41,055 bases of DNA from an uncultured Weeksellaceae bacterium (GCA_964478325.1 CAYZIA010000002.1:1-41055), one strand, 5' to 3'. Counted from the stretch's first letter, positions 32,783 to 41,055 are shown. Notes: generated by a model not told the origin, from the sequence alone. A program made the numbers and translations.

Positions 32783-34308
32783 CTCTTTACAATACTATAT
32801 TGAAGGAGGTGTAATCTGTCATCAGGAATAATTTGAATAATTCGCTTGAATTTAAAACTCCATTTCATTCCTTTTGAAAAAATACCCTTATTTATATGGC
32901 TTGCGATAAAAGGATGAGTTGAAATTCTAATCTTTCCATTATCTGATTTTTCAATCAGATTCTTAATCTTATTCTCAATTGTATCTATTAGAAGTAAACT
33001 GGAATCAATTTTGCCATTACCCACGCACATTGGACAATTTTCTCTCGTATCAATATTCATTTCAGGTCGTACTCTTTGTCGTGTGATTTGTATCAACCCA
33101 AACTTTGAAGGCGGCAGAATATTATGTTTTGCTTTATCATCCTGCATGTGCTCTCGCATTTTTTCGAAAAGTAACTTTCTGTTTTTAGCATTATACATGT
33201 CTATAAAATCAACTACAATAATTCCTCCCATATCTCGTAATCTTAACTGACGAGCTACTTCTTCTGCAGCAGCTAGATTAACTAGGAGAGAATTTTCTTC
33301 TTGATCTTTTTTGGCATTTACTTTTTTTCCAGAATTTACATCAATTACATGCATTGCTTCTGTGTGCTCAATCACAAGGTAAATGCCATTTTTCATATTT
33401 ACTATTTTTCCGAAAGCTGATTTTATTTTTTTGGTTACATCAAAATTTTGCAAAATTGGATTTTTAGATTTATAAAGTTTTAATATTTTTTCTTGCTCAG
33501 GAGAGATACTCATCAAATAATCTTTAAGCTCCAAATACAATTCTTTATCATTTACATATATACTATTAAATCTTGCATTTAAAATATCTCTTAAAATAGC
33601 GGTAGAACGATTAAGTTCTTTCAAAATAATATGTGGTGCTTGTGCATTTTTAAGTTCTTTAAAAACGCTCTGCCACCTTTTATATAGCGTCTTTAAATTA
33701 GAGTCTAGCTCAATTACTTTTTTGCCTTTTGCAACTGTGCGGAGAATTACTCCAAAACCTTCTGGCTTTATGCTTTTTAGCAAGCGTTTTAATCGTACTT
33801 TCTCTTGTTGCGATCTTATTTTGTTAGAGAGGGATATTTTTTTGGAAAACGGGAGTAATATCAAATTTCTTCCTGCTATAGATATTTCGGCATTTAATCT
33901 TGGCCCTTTTGAAGAGATTGCTTCTTTGGATACTTGCACTAAAATCTGATCTCCAGATTTCAGGACATCTGTAATTAGTCCTGATTTCTCAATTTCTTTT
34001 TCTTTTCTGAAATTCTTTAATGAAGCTGTATTGCTTTTATTAGAGATTACTTTTTCTGTAAATTTCTTGTAAGAATTTACATTAGGGCCAAGGTCTTGAT
34101 AATGTAAAAACCCATCTTTCTCATGCCCTACATTTACGAAAGCAGCATTTAATCCTGGGACTATTTTTTTTACTTTTCCTAAATATATATCGCCAACTGA
34201 GTAGGTGTTATTATTGCTCTCTTTATGAAGCTCAATAAGGCGTTTGTCTCGCAAAAGTGCGATTACTACCTCAGATGGCCTTGAATCGATTATAAGTTCG
34301 AAATTCAT
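32779..34308 (-). CDS. rng: Rne/Rng family ribonuclease (RNase G-like)
   Basis: S1 domain (GDIYLGKVKKIVPGLNAAFVNVG), the catalytic block HVIDVNSG, and LRDMGGIIVVDFIDM. Confidence 0.92.
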   Translation of the reverse strand: MNFELIIDSRPSEVVIALLRDKRLIELHKESNNNTYSVGDIYLGKVKKIVPGLNAAFVNVGHEKDGFLHYQDLGPNVNSYKKFTEKVISNKSNTASLKNFRKEKEIEKSGLITDVLKSGDQILVQVSKEAISSKGPRLNAEISIAGRNLILLPFSKKISLSNKIRSQQEKVRLKRLLKSIKPEGFGVILRTVAKGKKVIELDSNLKTLYKRWQSVFKELKNAQAPHIILKELNRSTAILRDILNARFNSIYVNDKELYLELKDYLMSISPEQEKILKLYKSKNPILQNFDVTKKIKSAFGKIVNMKNGIYLVIEHTEAMHVIDVNSGKKVNAKKDQEENSLLVNLAAAEEVARQLRLRDMGGIIVVDFIDMYNAKNRKLLFEKMREHMQDDKAKHNILPPSKFGLIQITRQRVRPEMNIDTRENCPMCVGNGKIDSSLLLIDTIENKIKNLIEKSDNGKIRISTHPFIASHINKGIFSKGMKWSFKFKRIIQIIPDDRLHLLQYSIVKS

Positions 34309-34344
34309 GGCTAGTATAATTATTTGTTAATAGAAAAAATAAAC

Positions 34345-34434
34345 TTACTTACTTTTATGTCTATTTTTTCTCAAACGCTTTTTACGTTTGTGAGTAGCCA
34401 TCTTATGTCTTTTTCTTTTTTTCCCGCTTGGCAT
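34345..34434 (-). CDS. 29-aa Lys/Arg-rich protein MPSGKKRKRHKMATHKRKKRLRKNRHKSK (bS22 / AURKAIP1-COX24-like small ribosomal protein candidate)
   Basis: I hand-translated it from the minus strand (ATG 34434-34432, TAA 34347-34345). It is absent from the ORF track. By my count 21 of its 29 residues are K, R or H. It lies between the HU and RNase genes on the same strand. Confidence 0.7.
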   Translation of the reverse strand: MPSGKKRKRHKMATHKRKKRLRKNRHKSK

Positions 34435-34482
34435 TTTATAATATTTTAATTTCTTTTATTCAGAATTTTCTTCTGATTTTTT

Positions 34483-34767
34483 TTACTTAAGGCTTTCTTT
34501 TACCTGTTTTACAAATACTTTTGCAGGTTTAAAAGCTGGAATATGGTGCGCAGGGATAATAATAGTAGTGTTTTTGGATATATTTCTTCCTGTTTTTTCT
34601 GCTCTCTTTTTTGGATTAAATGTTCCAAATCCTCTTAAAAAAACAGGTTGATTGCTGGAAATAGAAGATTTCACCTCTGCCATAAACGCTTCAACTACTG
34701 CAAGTGCTGTCACTTTTTCTATACCTGTTTTATCTGAAATCTTACTTACTATCTCTGCTTTTGTCAT
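34483..34767 (-). CDS. hup: HU family DNA-binding protein
   Basis: 94 aa. HU/IHF pattern (MTKAEIVSKISDKTG..., GFGTF...RAEKTGRN, IPA...P.FKP). Confidence 0.93.
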   Translation of the reverse strand: MTKAEIVSKISDKTGIEKVTALAVVEAFMAEVKSSISSNQPVFLRGFGTFNPKKRAEKTGRNISKNTTIIIPAHHIPAFKPAKVFVKQVKESLK

Positions 34768-34842
34768 TCTTTTTTATTTTTTTGATATTAATATAAATAT
34801 TTTTATTCTTGTTTGTTTTTATAAAGATGCAAATATATCAAC

Positions 34843-34850
34843 TATTTTTG
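34843..34850 (+). promoter_or_regulatory. Candidate -7 promoter box (TATTTTTG) for mutY, directly followed by a 7-bp hairpin at 34851-34869
   Basis: Exact TAnnTTTG, 61 nt upstream of ATG 34912. AATGATG-AAACA-CATCATT follows immediately. Confidence 0.35.
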
Positions 34851-34911
34851 AATGATGAAACACATCATTATCTCTTTTTTTATGAATTATTAGTTTAATT
34901 TTCAGTATTTT

Positions 34912-35955
34912 ATGAACTTTTCTCAGCAAATATTGGAGTGGTATGGGGAAAACAAAAGAAATTTACCTTGGCGCAATAGTAAAGATCCTTATAAAATATG
35001 GCTTTCTGAAATTATTTTACAGCAAACAAAGGTAGTGCAAGGGCTTCCATTTTACAATAAGTTTATTCTTGCTTTTCCAACTATCAATGATTTAGCAAAT
35101 GCAACAGAAAATGAAGTCTTAAATTTATGGCAAGGGTTAGGTTATTATTCTAGAGCAAGAAATATGCATTTTACGGCAAAGGAGATTACAGAGAAATACA
35201 ATGGAACTTTTCCAAATGATTATAAAACAATCTTAAAACTGAAAGGAATTGGCACATATACAGCAGCTGCTATTTCTTCTTTTGCATTTAATCTGCTCTT
35301 TGCTGTGGTTGATGGAAATGTTGTTCGGATTTTAAGTCGATACTTTGGCATTCCTACTGCTTTTGATAGTGCAAAGGGCAAAAAAGAGTTTCAACTTTTA
35401 GCACAAAAACTACTTATTAAAGAAGATGTAGCAGAATATAATCAAGCAATAATGGAGTTTGGGGCTTTGCAATGTGTACCAAAATCTCCAAATTGTAACG
35501 TTTGTCCTTTGCAAAATAGTTGTTTTGCTTTTAGTAATAATTTGCTTTCATATTTTCCAAAAAAGAAAAAGAAGATCCAAATCAGAAAAAGGTATTTTGA
35601 ATTCTTAATCATTTCAGAAAAGGAAAAAATACTAATTCAAAAAAGAAGAAATGGAATCTGGAAGGGGCTTTATCAATTTCCACTTATTGAAAATACGGAA
35701 GAAAAATCGAAGAAAGAGATTTGTGATTCAAAAGATTGGGAAGATTTATTTAAAGGAATTACCGTAAATATCATTAAAATATCTCCTAGAATAAAATACC
35801 AACTCACCCATCAAACTATTTTTGCTCAGTTTTGGCATATTGATTCAAAAATTCTAACTAATAAAAATATAATCTCTATTCAAAAAAAAGATTTTAAGAA
35901 CTATCCAATTCCAAGATTATTAGAAAAATATCTTAAAAAGATTGGAATGATATAG
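34912..35955 (+). CDS. mutY: A/G-specific adenine DNA glycosylase
   Basis: HhH-GPD domain (LPWR...PYKIWLSEIILQQT, GLGYYSRARN, GIGTYTAAAI), the 4Fe-4S cluster loop (C..P.C..CP....C) and a C-terminal NUDIX-like domain. Confidence 0.95.
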   Translation: MNFSQQILEWYGENKRNLPWRNSKDPYKIWLSEIILQQTKVVQGLPFYNKFILAFPTINDLANATENEVLNLWQGLGYYSRARNMHFTAKEITEKYNGTFPNDYKTILKLKGIGTYTAAAISSFAFNLLFAVVDGNVVRILSRYFGIPTAFDSAKGKKEFQLLAQKLLIKEDVAEYNQAIMEFGALQCVPKSPNCNVCPLQNSCFAFSNNLLSYFPKKKKKIQIRKRYFEFLIISEKEKILIQKRRNGIWKGLYQFPLIENTEEKSKKEICDSKDWEDLFKGITVNIIKISPRIKYQLTHQTIFAQFWHIDSKILTNKNIISIQKKDFKNYPIPRLLEKYLKKIGMI

Positions 35956-35964
35956 CTATTTTAC

Positions 35965-35972
35965 TATATTTG
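35965..35972 (+). promoter_or_regulatory. Candidate -7 promoter box (TATATTTG) for ssb, and probably gldE-gldD as well
   Basis: Exact TAnnTTTG, 22 nt upstream of ATG 35995. Confidence 0.4.
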
Positions 35973-35994
35973 TTAATCACTAAAAATATTTATT

Positions 35995-36417
35995 ATGGCA
36001 GGTGTAAATAAAGTAATTTTAATTGGAAATTTAGGGAAAGACCCTGAAGTAAGATATTTAGATAGTGGGGTTGCAGTTGCAAACTTTTCATTGGCAACTA
36101 CCGAAAACTACAAAAACAAAGAAGGAGAAAGAGTGAGCCAAACCGAATGGCATAACATTGTGCTGTGGAGAGGGTTGGCAGAAGTGGCTGAAAAGTGGTT
36201 GAAAAAAGGATCTTCCGTTTATGTTGAAGGTAAGATAAGGAATCGAAAATGGGAGGATAAAGAAGGAAATACCAGATATACCACTGAAATTTTAGGTGAT
36301 AATATAACTATGTTGGGTAAGAAAAATGATAATGCAAGTGATAACCCTGAAAGTATAGTCCCCACAGCTGAAGAAAATATTCCGAAAGCAGAAAAAGGAG
36401 ACGATTTACCTTTTTAA
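35995..36417 (+). CDS. ssb: Single-stranded DNA-binding protein
   Basis: OB fold (VNKVILIGNLGKDPEVRY...TEWHNIVLW) and an acidic C-terminal tip DDLPF. Confidence 0.96.
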   Translation: MAGVNKVILIGNLGKDPEVRYLDSGVAVANFSLATTENYKNKEGERVSQTEWHNIVLWRGLAEVAEKWLKKGSSVYVEGKIRNRKWEDKEGNTRYTTEILGDNITMLGKKNDNASDNPESIVPTAEENIPKAEKGDDLPF

Positions 36418-36439
36418 AATAAGTTAAACTCAAACAAAA

Positions 36440-37771
36440 TTGGAAGAAGAATTTAGTTCGCTTTTACTTAGCAACTTTTTTGAGATCACATTACAGCCAA
36501 TATCGTTAGGTATTGTTTTTATTTTATTAGTGATTATATTATTATTATTTTGTTCGGCACTAATCTCCGGTTCTGAAGTCGCTTATTTTTCTCTTTCACC
36601 TAATGATGTAGAAAATTTAAATGAGGATAAATCTAAAAGAGCATTACTTGCCTTAAAACTGCTTGAAAATCCTAATAAACTTTTAGCAACCATCTTGATT
36701 TCAAACAATTTTATCAATATTGCTATTATTATTTTAGCTTCTTTTTTTACTTCACAACTTCTTGTATTTCCAGAAGATTCAATATTAGAATTTCTAATTC
36801 AGGTAGTGGTTATTACTTTTTTGATAGTCCTTTTTGGAGAAATCACGCCAAAAGTCTATGCCAATAAAAATGCCCTTTGGTTCAGTAAAATAATGAGCAA
36901 TCCTTTAAATATTAGTAACAAAGTTTTCTCTCCACTTAGCCTTATACTTACTTCAAGTACTGTTATTATTGATAAAAGATTAAAACAGAAAAAGGAAGTA
37001 ATTTCCATGGATGAAATAGCAGAGGCAGTAGAACTTACTACGGAAAGAAATAAAAATGAAGAAGAGCAAAAAATATTAAAAAGCATTGTAGAATTTAGTA
37101 GCATTGATGTAAAAGAAATAATGAAGTCAAGAGTAGATGTAATTGCTATTGAGCAAGATTTACTTTTTGAAAAAGTGATTGAATTAGTAGTTAATTCTGG
37201 TTTCTCAAGGATTCCTGTTTTTAAAGAAAATTTTGATATGGTAAAAGGAATCTTATATGTAAAGGATTTGATTCCACACATTGAAAAAGATCAAGATTTT
37301 AAGTGGCAAGATTTGATTCGTTCTGCTTATTTTGTTCCTGAAACAAAAATGATTAGTGATTTACTTAAAGAATTTCAGGAGAAGAAAATACATTTAGCAA
37401 TAGTAGTAGATGAATATGGAGGAACTTCTGGGATTGTAACTTTGGAAGATATTTTAGAAGAAATTGTTGGAGATATCACGGATGAATTTGATGATGATGA
37501 AAATTTCTTTTCCATTCTAGATGAGCATAGTTTTATTTTTGAAGGAAAAATTTCATTGAATGATTTTTTGAAGACCATAAAAGGAGAAACTGATTATTTT
37601 GATGATGTAAAAGGAGATGCTGACACATTAGCTGGCCTTGTTTTAGAACTAAAAGGCGGAATCCCAAATAAAGGAGAAATTATCAAATTCAATCCTTACA
37701 CTTTCATTATTGAATCTTCTGACAAACGAAAAATAAATAGAATTAAAGTCCAAATTCAAAAAGATGAATAA
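36440..37771 (+). CDS. gldE: Gliding motility-associated protein GldE (CNNM/DUF21, two CBS domains and a CorC_HlyC domain)
   Basis: The domain order matches CorC/HlyC-type proteins. It sits in the ssb-gldE-gldD context that I recall for Flavobacterium johnsoniae. The only start candidate after the in-frame TAA at 36425 is TTG 36440. Confidence 0.8.
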   Translation: MEEEFSSLLLSNFFEITLQPISLGIVFILLVIILLLFCSALISGSEVAYFSLSPNDVENLNEDKSKRALLALKLLENPNKLLATILISNNFINIAIIILASFFTSQLLVFPEDSILEFLIQVVVITFLIVLFGEITPKVYANKNALWFSKIMSNPLNISNKVFSPLSLILTSSTVIIDKRLKQKKEVISMDEIAEAVELTTERNKNEEEQKILKSIVEFSSIDVKEIMKSRVDVIAIEQDLLFEKVIELVVNSGFSRIPVFKENFDMVKGILYVKDLIPHIEKDQDFKWQDLIRSAYFVPETKMISDLLKEFQEKKIHLAIVVDEYGGTSGIVTLEDILEEIVGDITDEFDDDENFFSILDEHSFIFEGKISLNDFLKTIKGETDYFDDVKGDADTLAGLVLELKGGIPNKGEIIKFNPYTFIIESSDKRKINRIKVQIQKDE

Positions 37772-38366
37772 AACAATTCTTATTTTAATAAGCATTTCAT
37801 TACTTAGCTGTAGAGAAAATTACACTCCAAAACCAAGAGGATTTTTCAAACTTTCTTTTCTAGAAAAACAGTTTCAACAATACACTCAAGATTGCCCTTT
37901 TACTTTTCAATTCCCCTCTTATTCAAAGATTCAAGACCTAGAAAAAGATTGTTTCTTCAATCTGAATTTTCCTAATTATAGAGCAAAGTTGCATATCAGT
38001 TATTTTTCCATAAACGGAAATTTGTATCAACATACTGAGGAATCTAGAACACTTGCCTACAAACATAGTATAAAGGCAAATACCATAAGCGAACAGGTTT
38101 TTATTAATAAAAAAAATAAGGTTTTTGGATTGATTTATGATTATCAGGGAACAACTGCAACTGCTTTGCAATTTTACTTAACAGATAGCACAAATCATTT
38201 CTTTAGAGGTGCTCTTTATTTTGATACAGAGATTAATGATTCTATTTTGCCTGTTTCTAATTTTTTGCAAGAAGATATTAAATTCCTTATTGAGAGTTTT
38301 CAGTGGAGAGGTATAACAGACGAAAAGCAGAAAGAAAAACTAATATTGCAAAAAATTGATGAATAA
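37764..38366 (+). CDS. gldD: Gliding motility lipoprotein GldD
   Basis: Lipoprotein signal MNKTILILISISLLS|C, then the PKPRGFFKLSF block that resembles my recollection of the GldD N-terminus. It overlaps the gldE stop by 8 nt. Confidence 0.75.
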   Translation: MNKTILILISISLLSCRENYTPKPRGFFKLSFLEKQFQQYTQDCPFTFQFPSYSKIQDLEKDCFFNLNFPNYRAKLHISYFSINGNLYQHTEESRTLAYKHSIKANTISEQVFINKKNKVFGLIYDYQGTTATALQFYLTDSTNHFFRGALYFDTEINDSILPVSNFLQEDIKFLIESFQWRGITDEKQKEKLILQKIDE

Positions 38367-39288
38367 TTGCAACATGAATTTGCACTCTTAAAAGCAAAGT
38401 GCTAATACCTAGGATAATTTGAAAAACTACCAAAGAAAATAATAATCTTCCTTCCATTCTCAGATTTGTGTATTGTGTTTTTTTAAAGGTTTGAAACGCA
38501 ATAATAGCTAGTATCCACGCAAAAAGCCGATGAAATGCTTGTATATCAAAGCCATTATTTAATAAACTAAAATTATTTGAATCACGAATAGTATATAAAA
38601 ATACTTTCTCAAAATAATTTGAATTTGGTGGCAATAAATATCCTGCTTTTAAACCAGCTGTAAATGCACCATAAATAATCTGAATCAGAAGTAAAATGAT
38701 AAAGCATGTAACAAGATTATTAATTTTCCTGCTTGGAAACTTTTCTTTTTCTTCTACTTCCATAATAATCCAATAGATATAAGCTATCAAAACAAAAGCC
38801 GTAACTAAATGAATTGCTAAACGAAAATGACTAACTGATGGCACATCTACTAAACCGCTTTTTACCATGAACCAACCCAAGAATCCTTGCAAGCTACCAA
38901 GAAGGAAAAGAAAAATCAGTTGTTTCTTTAGTTTCTTATCAAGCCATTGCTTTCTCCAAAAAAGTAAAAAAGGAATGATAAATACCAAGCCAATTAATCG
39001 CCCTAATACTCTGTGAATATACTCCCAGAAAAAAATGGCTTTAAATTCTGACAAAATCATATCCTTATTTATTTTCTGATACTCAGGAAATTGCTGGTAT
39101 TTTGAAAAAGTTTCTTGCCAAGCGGTTTCATTAAGTGGTGGTATGGTGCCCTCTATTAGCTTCCACTCCACCATGGATAGTCCAGAATGGGTAAGCCGAG
39201 TAATACCCCCAATTAATACCATAGCAATTACTAAAAACAAACCGGTATAAAGCCAAAGTGATATTATTTTCTTTTGTCTGGAATTCAT
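38287..39288 (-). CDS. ctaA: Heme A synthase (COX15/CtaA family)
   Basis: Eight-TM protein with conserved His-containing helices (EYIHRVLGRL, HLVTAF, HVAIIHQF). I prefer ATG 39288 to the track's GTG 39294 because a -7 box occupies 39294-39301. Confidence 0.88.
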   Translation of the reverse strand: MNSRQKKIISLWLYTGLFLVIAMVLIGGITRLTHSGLSMVEWKLIEGTIPPLNETAWQETFSKYQQFPEYQKINKDMILSEFKAIFFWEYIHRVLGRLIGLVFIIPFLLFWRKQWLDKKLKKQLIFLFLLGSLQGFLGWFMVKSGLVDVPSVSHFRLAIHLVTAFVLIAYIYWIIMEVEEKEKFPSRKINNLVTCFIILLLIQIIYGAFTAGLKAGYLLPPNSNYFEKVFLYTIRDSNNFSLLNNGFDIQAFHRLFAWILAIIAFQTFKKTQYTNLRMEGRLLFSLVVFQIILGISTLLLRVQIHVAIIHQFFAILVFLSAFRLLYLSTENSQ

Positions 39289-39293
39289 CCACA

Positions 39294-39301
39294 CAAAAAT
39301 A
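39294..39301 (-). promoter_or_regulatory. Candidate -7 box (TATTTTTG on the minus strand) 5 nt before the ctaA ATG
   Basis: Exact TAnnTTTG. The spacing is the same as at recX, feoA and the MFS gene. Confidence 0.4.
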
Positions 39302-39474
39302 ACTAAGCTATCTGTGACGCCAATTATTTTTATGGAGAAATTATAAAAAACTATTTAATACTCATTTTTTGGAAAATATTTGGAGAATCTAGGATGAAAA
39401 AAACATACTTTTTTCTCAAATTTTGTATGCTAATATTATTCTTTGTGGGATATCCTTAGTGAATAAGAAAAGAA

Positions 39475-41055
39475 TTAACTTGCAACTGGGAGGATCTTTA
39501 GCGCTTCAACTTCCAAGGCAAGTTCAGTTAATTTGCTTTTCGTTTTTTCTAAACTTGCAAGAGTTTCATCTTTTGTTTCCTCATATTTATTTTTTATCTC
39601 TTCAAACAGATTGTTGTAATACACAATACCTTCATGCATATTTTCAAAAAAGCGATTAAAATATTTCTCTTGCTTTTTGTTCCAATCTTTTTTAGCTTCC
39701 TCCAATTTGTTTTTAAGGTAATCCATATACAAATTCAACTCTTTCATAAACATATTTGGTCTGTCGGCTCTGCTCATGAAATTCTCTAAACCATAAATAT
39801 GTCTGGTCATATCTTCTAAAGAAAGTAATTTGTCGAAATAAGCCATATTTGGACCCGGGCAAATAGAAACTGCTTTACTTTTTTTGGTTTCAATTTCATT
39901 GGTAACAAAAGCTGCTGCCGAAAGCCCCATGCACAAACATACTTTTTCTGTTATTTCTTCCGAAATACCAAGTTCTTCAATTTTATTTTTTTGATATAGT
40001 CGAGAAGCTGTGCATACTCCCTTTTCATCATATTCCTTGCTAAAAGCCAAATATCTTCTAGGGCATGGGCTACCTGGTTTCCCCTCCTCCACTTTTTGTA
40101 ATTTTTCTACTTCTTTAGATGAATCTCTGAGATTATTAAAAGGGACTCCAAGTGGCGAAACACTGGATAAATACAAATCTTGCTCTTTTGCCTTGATTAG
40201 CTGTTCTCTTGTATTATCATCAACATTTGTCACTTCTGGAACCAATAAAAATGGGGTTCCCCATCCAACTGAATCAAGATTATAATGTTTGATTAAAAAA
40301 TCGTGTTCCTGTGCTGTGCCTACTCCTCCTTGTGCTGTAATTTTCAATGTTAAGGGGCTTTTGGGAGCAACTCGATTATTTGCTAAAAGAGCATCTCTAC
40401 AAATGACATAAACTTCTTTGATAAGATTCTCTCTTTTTTTCTTGAATTCTTCTAAAATAGGTCCCATTAAAAAACCATCTGTTGCAAAAGCATGTCCTCC
40501 ACAATTTAGGCCGGATTCAATTCTGTATTCTGAAACCCACAATCCTTTTTTGGCTAAAAATTTTCCTTGAATAAGTGCCGAACGATAATCACTAACTTTA
40601 AGCACAATTTTCTTTTTGATATAGCCCTCAGCATTAGGATAGAAATCTTCAAATTGAGCAATATATCCGTATAATCTTGGATTCATTCCTGCTGAGAAAA
40701 TAATGGATGATGCCAAATCACTATTGGCATAACCCCTTAGGGCAGCATGCGCATCATTATATTCTGGTGGTAAAGGCTCATCTTTAAAAAAATTTGGCTT
40801 ATCTACTTTTGTCATGATATTTACATCAATACTTCCCATATTTAAATTTTCTTTCAGCCAAGTGGAAATTTCAACTATATTAAAATATTTGTCAGTGAGC
40901 TTATTGAATTCTTTTTTTAACTGAGATGTGTCAGGTAAAGTAGAAAAAAAAGTTTTTAAATTTTCTACTTTTTCTTTTGTAGCAGTAGTATATTCGTCAT
41001 ACATCTGATTAGCCAATTTATTTACTAAATTCAAATAAGAAGTAATTCTGTCGGC
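39475..41055 (-). CDS. Uncharacterised protein with an NMO/FabK/PfaD-like FMN TIM-barrel core, a Cys-containing region and a C-terminal coiled coil. The N-terminus probably lies beyond the window.
   Basis: The frame stays open to the window edge upstream of the track's TTG at 41034. SGLNCGGHAF and AQGGVGTAQEHDFL...VGWGTPFLLVPE resemble the (E)AGGH and AAGGI...GTRFL blocks of nitronate monooxygenase/enoyl-reductase-type flavoproteins. The family call is from memory only. Confidence 0.55.
   Translation of the reverse strand, partial: ADRITSYLNLVNKLANQMYDEYTTATKEKVENLKTFFSTLPDTSQLKKEFNKLTDKYFNIVEISTWLKENLNMGSIDVNIMTKVDKPNFFKDEPLPPEYNDAHAALRGYANSDLASSIIFSAGMNPRLYGYIAQFEDFYPNAEGYIKKKIVLKVSDYRSALIQGKFLAKKGLWVSEYRIESGLNCGGHAFATDGFLMGPILEEFKKKRENLIKEVYVICRDALLANNRVAPKSPLTLKITAQGGVGTAQEHDFLIKHYNLDSVGWGTPFLLVPEVTNVDDNTREQLIKAKEQDLYLSSVSPLGVPFNNLRDSSKEVEKLQKVEEGKPGSPCPRRYLAFSKEYDEKGVCTASRLYQKNKIEELGISEEITEKVCLCMGLSAAAFVTNEIETKKSKAVSICPGPNMAYFDKLLSLEDMTRHIYGLENFMSRADRPNMFMKELNLYMDYLKNKLEEAKKDWNKKQEKYFNRFFENMHEGIVYYNNLFEEIKNKYEETKDETLASLEKTKSKLTELALEVEALKILPVAS

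Noticed and set aside
34851-34869. Hairpin AATGATG-AAACA-CATCATT followed by a T-run in the hup/mutY divergent spacer, considered as a terminator or small RNA
   Set aside because: The stem is weak and AT-rich (7 bp, 2 G-C pairs), and there is no upstream plus-strand gene to terminate. It most likely just forms the 5' end of the mutY leader. I noted it under the promoter feature only.
39394-39459. 21-codon ORF (MKKTYFFLKFCMLILFFVGYP) in the ctaA/terminal-ORF spacer
   Set aside because: It is too short, hydrophobic by AT bias, and has no promoter box or other support.
31180-40285. ORF-track entries 31180..31386, 31486..31827, 33011..33250, 33722..33949, 34652..34855, 36856..37281, 37375..37578, 37938..38171, 39423..39659 and 40010..40285
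   Set aside because: All are antisense or alternative-frame ORFs within recX, the MFS gene, the Rne/Rng-family RNase, hup, gldE, gldD and the terminal ORF. Entry 39423..39659 mostly overlaps the 3' end of the terminal ORF on the other strand. They have no independent support.
1-41055. Search by eye for rRNA/tRNA genes, CRISPR arrays, IS elements, integrases, phage genes, toxin-antitoxin pairs or defence systems
   Set aside because: Every intergenic gap is about 260 nt or less and AT-rich, with no GC-rich, tRNA-like or repeat-spacer structure. Every long ORF has a housekeeping or envelope assignment. No inverted terminal repeats or direct-repeat arrays were noticed. A computational scan with tRNAscan, Infernal or a CRISPR finder would be needed to be definitive.

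Overview
This is an AT-rich, tightly packed chromosomal segment that looks like Flavobacteriia (Bacteroidota). The lineage call rests on five things:
- gldD and gldE sit in a mutY-ssb-gldE-gldD arrangement.
- Every predicted signal peptide is followed by Gln, the Bacteroidetes 'Q-rule'.
- No Shine-Dalgarno sequences are visible upstream of the start codons.
- TAnnTTTG '-7' promoter boxes recur just upstream of start codons.
- The DnaJ and RecQ architectures are typical of the group.

I support about 46 protein-coding genes. Almost all are core housekeeping genes: dnaJ (partial), alaS, a kpsF-tatC-lptB-hldD operon, recQ, feoAB, fumC, prfB, recX, an Rne/Rng-family RNase, HU, mutY, ssb, gldE, gldD, ctaA, ABC transporters and an MlaEF-like pair.

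I saw no rRNA, tRNA, CRISPR array, transposase, integrase, phage gene or recognisable defence or toxin system. I cannot point to a clear-cut novel system.

The only accessory-looking stretch is about 3.0-6.5 kb. It holds four consecutive secreted, very acidic predicted outer-membrane beta-barrel genes, arranged large-small-small-large as two paralogue pairs. They have shared promoter/leader and 3'-end sequence motifs and the only two strong intrinsic terminators in the window.

Secondary observations:
- An ORF-track-missed 29-codon Lys/Arg-rich gene (bS22/mS38-like) lies between HU and the RNase.
- A 1059-aa Omp85-type barrel carries PD40/TolB-like repeats.
- A half-size TauE/SafE protein is present.
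- Several genes have a -7 box only 4-5 nt from the ATG, which suggests leaderless mRNAs. One case is a 35-bp divergent recX/MFS intergenic region.
- prfB has no programmed frameshift.
- gldD and ctaA overlap convergently by 80 nt.
- An uncharacterised FabK/NMO/PfaD-like flavoprotein ORF runs off the right edge.

All family assignments come from motif recognition by eye. No searches were run.
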